A stretch of DNA of 38,537 nucleotides from Halocafeteria seosinensis (Eukaryota), in NCBI GenBank assembly GCA_001687465.1, contig LVLI01000288.1:1-38537 (forward strand), given 5' to 3'. Position numbers and translations under genes: made by a program. Positions 1-8,732 of this stretch are shown here, in pieces. The notes beneath the pieces are model-generated. The model was not told where the DNA came from, made no database searches, and worked only from the letters and a program-made list of their open reading frames with translations. How positions within the stretch are numbered: the stretch's first letter is position 1; each line of letters begins with the position of its first letter.

Positions 1-623
1 GTACGAACTTTCCAGAAATTCAACTACGAGCTTTTTAACTGCAACAACTTTAATATACGCTATTGGAGCTGGAATTACCGCGGCTGCTGGCACCAGACTT
101 GCCCTCCAATGGCTTTCGTTAAGGGGTTTAAATTGTACTCATTCCAATTACGAAACCCGTTGGGTTCCGTATCGTTATTTCATGTCACTACCTCCCTGTG
201 TTAGGATTGGGTAATTTACGCGCCTGCTGCCTTCCTTGGATGTGGTAGCCGTTTCTCAGGCTCCCTCTCCGGAATCGAACCCTAATTCTCCGTTACCCGT
301 TAAAGCCATGGTAGGCCAATACCCTACCATCGAAAGCTGATAGGGCAGAAACTTGAATGAAACATCGCTGCAAGAGCGATTCGTTCAGTTATTATGATTC
401 ACCCAAAGTGTTGGTTAGTATCTAATAAATACACCCTTGACAGGGGTTTAGCGCATGTATTAGCTCTAGAATTACTACGGTTATCCATGTAGAGGGACTA
501 TCAAAGAAACTATAACTGATATAATGAGCCATTCGCAGTTTCACCGTATAAAGGTTTATACTTAGACATGCATGGCTTAATCTTTGAGACAAGCGTATGA
601 CTACTGGCAGGATCAACCAGGTT
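1..623 (-). rRNA. 18S rRNA: 18S (SSU) rRNA, 5' portion; gene runs off the left edge
   Basis: Reverse complement begins AACCTGGTTGATCCTGCCAGTAGTCATACGCTTGTCTCAAAGATTAAGCCATGC at 623. It contains the universal GTGCCAGCAGCCGCGGTAATTCCAGCTCCAATAG and the start of V4. Confidence 0.99.
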
Positions 624-800
624 TCTATCATTTATTGCACGGAGACACTCACTCGCTCACGCACGCACCCCCTCCAATAAAGGAAGGCAAAGAGAGAGAG
701 AGAGTATCCACAGACAATACACCTCATTTCATCTTTCGCAAGAATGAAAACGAGATGCTCTCGGAAAAAAGAGTCATCTTTTCACTGACAGCAACAATAG
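624..800 (-). other. Probable proximal 5' external transcribed spacer of the rRNA unit (upstream limit uncertain)
   Basis: Lies immediately upstream of the mature 18S 5' end and contains low-complexity (TC)n and GTGC/GTGA tracts. Assigned by position only. Confidence 0.6.
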
Positions 801-805
801 GTTAG

Positions 806-1231
806 GAGGACCTTTCTGAAGAAGGTGTCGTAACAACATCAACTTCATTTCCTGTAGCCTTCATTGCAACATTCCCCGAATGCGACAGAAACATATGATC
901 AAGATACATATCTTCAATTCATATATTACATGCCACTTTCGAAGCAGGGTTGGTGCGAATGAACCCAACACTCGATACAATGATCGAGGGGTTGACATCC
1001 ACCCAGGCCTCTGCTACTTTTGTGTTGTATGTAAGCGATATCATTCAAGATATACAGTACAAACCGACCCACACTGCTTCCTCTATGACAAGCATAAAAA
1101 TTGAAGCACCGATGGACTTTACCCTGGTCAACTTCATAGCTTTCGAGACGAAAGAACATCTGTCAGGCTCGTGGGAACCTCAGAGAAGAATGTGCAACGG
1201 ATCACACACTCTCAGACTGAAGCAGCTATAA
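806..1231 (+). pseudogene. Possible decayed coding fragment, unidentified
   Basis: One frame stays open for about 141 codons except for a single TGA (EDLSEEGVVTTSTSFPVAF...NI*SRY...ATFVLYVSDII...). No convincing start and no recognisable family. Confidence 0.25.
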
Positions 1232-1642
1232 AGTAATGCCACAGTTCGTCCAAAAACTGAACAATACTAATGGCTGTAGATGCTCGTATGTTCTCAACCA
1301 TTACTGATCGAGGACTACTACTCCTACGTATATAGCGCTATTTGTGTATTGCGTAACCCGGAGGAACGGACAGCTGCAACGCAATCTCTGTTCTGAGATC
1401 AGCCCCTCACTCAACGGCTCTATGCGCTTTCCGCTCCTGTCTGCCAGACAAAGCAGCAGAGCTTGCGACTGTACTAACCTCTCAATGCGTGATTGCGCAT
1501 GTCGTTGTGGGCGACTACTGTAATGGAATTAGGAATCAGCTGTGGACAATAGGAGATGGAGCTAGCACACGACTGATGGGAATTGGTGGTGAACTCTAGA
1601 AGATAAGAGATGGTTCAGGGAACAACTTTTGACTAGATGGTG

Positions 1643-1661
1643 AAAAAAAAAAAAAAAAAAA
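1643..1661 (+). repeat. Poly(A)19 tract; a perfect 16-bp palindrome GCATGCCATGGCATGC follows at 1684-1699
   Basis: Read directly from the sequence. Confidence 0.9.
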
Positions 1662-1792
1662 GAGGTGTGAACTTTGCCTAGATGCATGCCATGGCATGCT
1701 AGAAGGTTGTTGGTGCTCCCTACAGTGTAAAAGGTTTACACCCCTGTGCTCATGCACGCTTGGTGGACGCCTCGGGACAGCCAAAGTGAAGT

Positions 1793-1898
1793 GAACAGCG
1801 ACGGGCCCGCTGCTTAACACGGGCGCATACCGCTCCTCGTTAAGAGGATGTGGTCAACTTCCCGGCCGGTGGGCTATCTGTCACATTAGTGTGTGTGT
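1793..1898 (+). mobile_element. 106-bp 5'-truncated non-LTR retroelement (LINE 3' end or SINE) with (TG)n tail
   Basis: Flanked by a 9-bp direct repeat AAGTGAAGT (1784-1792 and 1899-1907) and ends in GTGTGTGTGT. Nearly identical to the reverse complement of about 38343-38447; similarity begins exactly at the left TSD. Confidence 0.85.
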
Positions 1899-2042
1899 AA
1901 GTGAAGTCGATCTCACTGCTGCTCAGAAAGATGGTTTATGTTTCAACAATAATTTGACGATCCGCTCCACACAACACAGAGCTAAGGAGGTACAGTAATC
2001 TACTGGTGACTGGCAGTATTCACTTTCATACTGCGAGGTACA

Positions 2043-2209
2043 AAAGAAATTGGTTCCAGATGTGTTAAATGAACAGTTCCCCATGCTCTTTCCTTCCTGA
2101 ACTCCACTCAACTACCCCAAGCGTTCAAAGAATTTGGTTCCAGATGTGTTCAATGAACAGTTCCCCATACTCTTTCCTTCCTGAACTCCACTCAACTACC
2201 CCAAGCGTT
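2043..2209. repeat. Tandem duplication, 84-bp period, two copies
   Basis: AAAGAA(A/T)TTGGTTCCAGATGTGTT...ACTACCCCAAGCGTT at 2043-2125 and 2127-2209, with 3 substitutions. Confidence 0.95.
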
Positions 2210-2502
2210 GAGTCGTATACTGCCGGTAGACTTGTTACCTTCCACTGTCGACAGTGTCGAAGTCAACTTGAAGAGAAAATGTGCAGCTCCCAGCTTCACA
2301 ACCAGCACGTTGTGTACCATATGGTAGCAGTGGTTTGTAGCTGCCACAATTATCTACCGCGTGGTTTGAATTAACACGTGTTGAATTGAATGAAATTCGC
2401 TCGTTGGCGCTCCACCTTATTGTAAAGACAAAGGAAAGAAAGAAACGAAACAGACAAGAGCAGCTTTTTCCTTTTTTTTTTTTTTTGGTTGAGAAGACCT
2501 CC

Positions 2503-4923
2503 ATGTCTTGTACAGCAACTGCTACGATGCAGTCCAAACACACTTTTCCGAGTGGCTCGCCCTCTCTTAAAGCTATTCGGAGTCAGCAACTGGCAGAGAA
2601 ACTCTCCTTGGAGGAAGAGAGTGGTGGAAATGCGACTATCGGTGAACACGGCAATTCTGGTTCAAGCCATATGTCAGCCAGGGAACACTCCTTGCGCGAG
2701 AAAGACGCACAAAGTGAGGTTGGTTCGGGTCGGACTTTGGCTCAGAGGCTTTTCGGAAGTCAGCAGCAGCAGGATCAAGAAGCTGGGGAGGATTCGGACT
2801 ATTTGCTGGCTATGAAATTGCAAAGGTTCTACGACGGGCAGAACCGGAACCAGGGGCAAGTGTGTGATGATGACTCAGGATCACCAGTTGGAGACGATAG
2901 CACCGTCAACCGAACGGATCGTGTCCTTAATAGCAACGTTGCGTCCTCTGAAGACCAGATTGGGCACGTCACTTGTCGGGATAGGAGCAATGAGACGGAG
3001 AGTATGTCATGGAAATTAGAGCACTGATGTGGCTTGTCTTACTGTGCCTTGTCTTTTCTCGCAGCGGATAACGATTTTGCAATAGCGCTACAGATCCAAG
3101 AACAGGAAGAATCAGGGGCCCTGTATAGTCGTAGTCAACGTTTACAACCGCAAGGCAAAGGTAAGCGTCGCTCACTACACCCATCTCGCAACTCGTGTGA
3201 TCTAGTACGCGGCTCTTTACTCAGTCCGTTTGCGCACCCGAGAAGATCAGTGGGTTAATTATGGTAACGAACATCGAAAACCATTATCGGGGGAAGCGGA
3301 ACAGGAAGGCCAAACATTTGAACCGCATGATACCGACCTCCAGGATTGGGAAGATGAACGAGAATTTCAACGACTCAAGGGAGCTCAAATACATACTGTG
3401 TCGGCTGGAGGAAGCACAAAGACCATGACGAAACATGATTCTGCCATATGTGGAAGACGCAATGCTCGCGATCTGGAGCAACAATTCCCCGAAATGGTGG
3501 GGGATCTAACGTTCGACTCACCTCGGGGTGGAAGACTAAGCGCGGAAGGAGGCGGCGAACGACTACGCATTGGAACCACTGTATATAACGATTTGAGGCG
3601 GCGTTTAAGCAAGAACCGAACTCTTGCTAAGGGGCATTCGGGCGGTCATAGAGTTGAACGCGAAGAATTTTCTACCCATGAAGGGGCTATGGATAAGCGA
3701 ACAAGGTTGCTAGTTTTTAAGCTCGTTAACAATGGACTGATCGACCGTCTTCACGGCTGCGTGAAGGCGGGAAAGGAGGCAAATATCTACTTTGCCGAGG
3801 GATGGCATCCGTCTGTGGACGCTATTGATGATGGGGAAGCCACAGAAGATGACGCCTCATCATCGAACAATGAAGAGGCTGCCGCTGGACGACATTCAGC
3901 CAGCTTTGTAGATGCAGAGGATGAAGAGGTTGGGTTTGACGATGAAGACGAACAATGTACAAAAACCCATCCAGAGACTGCGGTGTGTGTCGAGTGTCCT
4001 GGAGGTGACCACCATGAAGCGAGAACAGGGGAAGAATTGTATCACATAGTCCCCCAACCAGTTACTGAGATGCGCAGTGGAGAAGATGCGGCTGTGGCTG
4101 TGAAAATTTTTCGCACTACCCTGAATGAATTCAAGAATAGGAAGGATTACATCACTGGTGACAGGCGTAAGTCTATGAGCAACGCCTGTTGATACGAGAC
4201 TGACAGTGTCTCATTTCTCTCTGGCGTGCAGGTTTCCGCCATGTCAACCTCAAGAAGGAAAGTCCGAGGAAGATTATAACCATTTGGGCAAAGAAAGAAT
4301 TCGCCAACTTATGTCGCATCTATCGAGCGGGTATTCCTTGTCCAGAACCGTTGTTAGCTCGCAAGCATATTTTACTTCAGTCCTTTATCGGAGTTGATGG
4401 GTGGCCGGCTCCCGAGCTACATGAAGTTGGGAGGGGGAAAACTAATGACCCCGGTAAACTGTCGGACAAACAGTGGCAAAAAATTTATTACCAGGTAGCT
4501 AGAATCATTTGCGCTTTGTACCATCGCTGTAGGCTTGTCCATGCGGATTTATCGGAACGAAACCTTCTTTGGTATGATAAAAAGGTGTGGGTTATAGATG
4601 TGGCACAGGCAGTACAGCGAGAGCATCCGCGAGCCGACGAATTCTTGATGAGAGACATAAGAAACATTACCAACTACTTTCAGAGAAGAACTTCAATTCG
4701 TGTCCTTCCCCCAGAGAGATTATACGACTTTGTTAAGGATCCCTCAGTATCCACTGACAAGGCGGTACTGCATCGATACACAAAACTAGCGGATCGACAA
4801 TATTTGAGACAGCTTCCAGCGAGAAGCTCTCATTATGCGCTGGGATCAAAGGAAGATCCAGTTGTGAAGCAACTCAAAGGGATGCTGCTCGGCGAAGTTA
4901 CGACCCCAGGAGACTCCGGGTAA
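2503..4923 (+). CDS. RIOK3: RIO-family atypical kinase, RIOK3-like
   Basis: Exons 2503-3001, 3065-3160, 3225-4166, 4232-4923 (GT-AG introns, frames join). Kinase motifs GCVKAGKEANIY, AVKIFRTTLNEFKNR, WAKKEFANL, GIPCPEP, LVHADLSERN, VIDVAQAV. RIOK3-type N-terminus with TKHD..ICGRRN and D..LA..LQ motifs. Confidence 0.88.
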
Positions 4924-4937
4924 CTGCGCGCCCCTCC

Positions 4938-7553
4938 CTACCATTGGTCAATGTCACCCGGCCACGCTTCTTCACTCTCGATCACTATTGAATCATTCTT
5001 GATCTGCTCCTGCTGCAGTACATAGGGTCCAAACCGCACTGCAGGTGACTCACTAGACGCTTCGAGCAATAAACGCCTCAATGATTGCCCATTGTAAGAA
5101 TACCCAGCCCCATCGGCTTCCGGCCCCTTCTCTTTTCCATCTCCGGTGCTTTTCTTGCCGCGATTAGGACTTCGTTTGCTCTTACTTTTCTTCATTTTTT
5201 GTCTCTTAGCTTCCCTCCAACGTTTCGCTGTCTTCTCTCCGTCAGGCCGCGCTCTTTCGCTCGAGACCTCAGGGAATGGACCGGCCGGTGAAGAGCCGAG
5301 ATTCTCAGTAGGGGAACGAGGACTTTTCTTTTCTAATTTGTCTAGTCGATCCTGAGCTTTCCAAGCTACTTGGATTGCGAGATCGCGATCGCGACGCACT
5401 TCCTGCAGTTTAGCTTCTACATCGCTACAGTTACCGCAAGAATTTAAGGCTGTGCTTTCATTGCCGGTACGTTGAGCGGATAACGCTTCTGATAATTTGT
5501 CTTCCAGTTCTTTCACTTGGTCTTTTAGAAGCATGATTTCCGAATCTTTATCTCTATCTCCCGCTACCGAATTAGGCTGCACCCCAAACTCTATAGTAGG
5601 GATCAAAGAAAGTCGTGGTGTCCTCCTTGGGATGCTCTCGCTATTCCTCGGAGAAGAAACACTCAATTGAGATAAGAAGTCTTGAATCGAAGGTTCCCCA
5701 AGGCTCCGTCTTCTAGAATGCTCATCTTCCTTCTTCTTAGAAACTCGCTTTCGCCTGGCGTGCTGAGGAATGGATTGCGGCGAAATTTCTGGAGGTTCCG
5801 CTCTTGCCTTCGGTCGCGTCCCTCCCCCGCTGGTCGCAGCATCTTCCTCTTCCACAGAACGAGATGCTTCCCTGCCAGCATGACCAAGGCGCGTGCCTCT
5901 AAGCGACTGACCGGCTGTGGTTGTCTCTTTAGCACTGTTAGTCGGTCCTTCGACTCGGTCATCCTGCTTCAGTTCTGAGCCGGTTATTGCCTGCGACATC
6001 TCCAAATCATTATTCTCTGGCACAGATTCGATTCTCTGTTGCTTTGCTTGCTCTGCTAAGTTGTATTGTTCAGTATTCATTCCTGATGCATCACTGTTCT
6101 CGGTTGGAGACTCCTTACTTCGAGTTCGGCTACGGGGAGGAGGAGGAGGTTTACTTTTGAGTGGTGCTTTGGAAGACTTGCCACCAGCGTCAACTCCAGG
6201 TGCAGGAGGCGGGGAAGGGGCAGTGGTCGTGCTGGCCTTCGATGCACGTTGGAAAGAAGTGGTGCTGATGGGTCGCGAAGAGTCCTGATCGTTAGGTGGC
6301 GGAACGGGAGATGATCCTTTGGCAGGTGGTGGAGGTGCTGGCTCTTCATCGGAACTATCTCCTGGAGGAGGAACCGGTTGTAACCTCTCCGTCGACATAG
6401 AATGTGTCTCGTGGGTTTCTTCGTCTCCCTGTGAGCGCGACGTTCCCACATGAGAACTTACCGGTGGAGGATGAACAGGAGGACCAGACTGCGGTTTTTT
6501 GGGTGACTGTGCACCAACTTTAGGGGGTGGTCGTGGAGGACTAGACGAGGTACTTGGATCGCTAGGTTTAGCTGACGATGATGGCGGTGGTTTCGGCGAC
6601 CCCGTGGGTTTGCTTCTTGGAGGGGGTGGAGGAGCAGGAGCGCTGCCCCCGGTCGAAACTGACTCTGAAATTCCCTTCGTTGTTGCCTGGGCCGGTTTCC
6701 GCGGCTGTGACGGAGGAGAAGTTAAAGCTTCTATCGCACGTGCCATAGCATATGACTGTTCAGCGGACTCTGTAGAACCTTCAGAGGCCTCAGTACCACC
6801 AACAAACGGCTTTGCAGGGTATGCCTGTTGCTGTGTTCGGATAGTGTTCCCCGGAGACAATGTTTTGGGTGGAGGTGGTGGTGCTGGGGTGCTTCGATTT
6901 TCGCCCGAAGCGCCCGTTGGTTTCGGAGGCGCAGGAACGGAAATATTACCTGCTGTCCCTCCCGTTTGCGAAGGGACTGACGGTTGCGCTTTCTTCGGAG
7001 GGGGAACAGGTCCACCATTCATAGATTTGTTTGGCTGACCAGCGGGTTTAGGAGGGGGAGCGGGAGCGCCTCGACTAGTCCCTGTATCATCGTGATTTGC
7101 CGACTTGACCCGTGGAGGTGCTGGAGGATTGTTGGGAGTTGACGTACTCTCCGTTTTGGATGTGGCACCTGAGGACTTCCCATCTGGAGGTGGAGGGGCA
7201 GGCAATTTGCTTGAAGGTTTTGCCGATGGTGGTAGAGGCGCAGGGGTAGATTTGTTTCCGGAACCATCCGACGACGCTCCAGAGCTAGCGGGCGGCTTCC
7301 GGCTTTGAGGCTGGGAGCCAGGTTGCATTTGGCCTGGGGGAGCAGCCTTCGAAGACATCGGTTTCGGAGGGGGTTGAGGGGAACTTTTCTGTTCTTGCAA
7401 TGTCGCACTTTGTTTTGGTTGCGATCCTGGTGGAGCCGGTGGGACTTTCTTGTTTTCAGGTTGTCCAGGGGGCTTCGGTGGAGGCTGAGCTCCGGGAGCT
7501 TTGGGAGCCGGTGCATCCTTCCGAGGGGATGGTGGAGGTGTGGGAGAGGACAT
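4938..7553 (-). CDS. Proline/serine-rich low-complexity protein with C-terminal coiled coil (about 871 aa), function unknown
   Basis: Single uninterrupted ORF. First ATG gives MSSPTPPPSPRK; many PAPPP/PPPPK motifs; heptad region LKDQVKELEDKLSEAL...VEAKLQEVRRDRD. Confidence 0.8.
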   Translation of the reverse strand: MSSPTPPPSPRKDAPAPKAPGAQPPPKPPGQPENKKVPPAPPGSQPKQSATLQEQKSSPQPPPKPMSSKAAPPGQMQPGSQPQSRKPPASSGASSDGSGNKSTPAPLPPSAKPSSKLPAPPPPDGKSSGATSKTESTSTPNNPPAPPRVKSANHDDTGTSRGAPAPPPKPAGQPNKSMNGGPVPPPKKAQPSVPSQTGGTAGNISVPAPPKPTGASGENRSTPAPPPPPKTLSPGNTIRTQQQAYPAKPFVGGTEASEGSTESAEQSYAMARAIEALTSPPSQPRKPAQATTKGISESVSTGGSAPAPPPPPRSKPTGSPKPPPSSSAKPSDPSTSSSPPRPPPKVGAQSPKKPQSGPPVHPPPVSSHVGTSRSQGDEETHETHSMSTERLQPVPPPGDSSDEEPAPPPPAKGSSPVPPPNDQDSSRPISTTSFQRASKASTTTAPSPPPAPGVDAGGKSSKAPLKSKPPPPPRSRTRSKESPTENSDASGMNTEQYNLAEQAKQQRIESVPENNDLEMSQAITGSELKQDDRVEGPTNSAKETTTAGQSLRGTRLGHAGREASRSVEEEDAATSGGGTRPKARAEPPEISPQSIPQHARRKRVSKKKEDEHSRRRSLGEPSIQDFLSQLSVSSPRNSESIPRRTPRLSLIPTIEFGVQPNSVAGDRDKDSEIMLLKDQVKELEDKLSEALSAQRTGNESTALNSCGNCSDVEAKLQEVRRDRDLAIQVAWKAQDRLDKLEKKSPRSPTENLGSSPAGPFPEVSSERARPDGEKTAKRWREAKRQKMKKSKSKRSPNRGKKSTGDGKEKGPEADGAGYSYNGQSLRRLLLEASSESPAVRFGPYVLQQEQIKNDSIVIESEEAWPGDIDQW

Positions 7554-8732
7554 TTTGATTCCACAAAGGCTCGAGTGATCGGGGCGCCAAGCAATGTTAG
7601 GTGCACGTAGGCCTTCAATCCGGTCGTGCTGTCGGTTGTGCTTCTTGTGCCTGCTCCAATCTCTACATAAAACACTCAGAAGTCCATGTATGGGGGTGCG
7701 ACTTAACAACAGAGATTGCTATAAAAATTCTAAAAATCTGAATACCGGACTCTTCGTGGACAAGAAGAGACTTCAAACGTCAACGCTCGCGTTCGACGCG
7801 AGAAAAGGCGCAACGAAGTACCGACGAACAGCACAGCAAATTCGCGCGTCCTCTATCTATTACACAGGATAGGCGCGATGCTCTCAAAACAACGCTGTAT
7901 GGTTGCCAATCTACTCGCCTATTCAACTACGTGCAAGCAACACGTTAAATTCGCACACCCAGCGAGATCGAGCTCGTGTGAGTGTTTGCGAGTGAGTTGC
8001 GACGGCTGGCTGTTGAAGTCGCATGTGAGAACCTTTTTGGCACCAACTGGTATTGTGTGGCTCACCCCAACAGCAATGCAGCCTTAAATTGACTAACGGT
8101 GGCGATAGAAGGGTGAATTCATAGCAGGTCATTCATATGCACCTTATGAACTTTTATATCGAACAGGGTAGCTCTGCAACTGTCCACGCCATCCAAAGCG
8201 TGACCCACAAGTAAAAAATACTGCAGAAATATCCTACTTTGTTTCAAATGCCATAGCACCACCTATTGGCTCCGTTGTATCCTGCGAGAATTGCATTTTC
8301 ACTGCTTGACAGGCCGCTGTACCACGGGTAGTCGGCTCTCTTGTGGATGAATGGTAGTCTACCCCGTATTTTGGAGATTCAACTCAATTGATACAACTGA
8401 TTTTCCTCCTCGTGGTTTTGCTCAGGGTATCGAATTCGAGAAGCAGTTAGAAGCGTCAAACCAAGCAGAAAAGCTCATTCAATGCTGCAAGCAGTGGCCG
8501 CACAGAGGTCTACTGAGGTGTTTTACCGTATGGCTTCTCTGGTTAACTGTTAGTGTTTGATAGCATATGAACACACTATACGATTTCTACAACACTTGGG
8601 AAGCACACAGGGTAAGATCACACGGACGTATCCGTTGAGTTAACAATATATGAGTGAGCCGGTTGATGTACGTGTATTCTTGAGTGAAATACACAGTTTC
8701 TGTCGCAACCGTTGCACGGTAACCAAGAGCAA

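Noticed and set aside
422..805. ORFs overlapping the 18S rRNA and spacer
   Set aside because: These are spurious translations of rRNA.
1820..1860. TCCTCGT resembling the L3 loop of an HDV-like ribozyme
   Set aside because: No flanking P3 pairing or P1/P2 pseudoknot can be drawn, and it lies at the element's 3' end rather than its 5' end.
2043..2209. CRISPR-like repeat
   Set aside because: Two adjacent 84-bp units with no spacers, in a eukaryotic context with no cas genes.
7878..8560. Small plus-strand gene in the 1.2-kb gap (ORFs 7878-8087 and 8351-8560, several GT/AG sites)
   Set aside because: I could not assemble a consistent spliced frame or recognise a motif. RNA-seq is needed.
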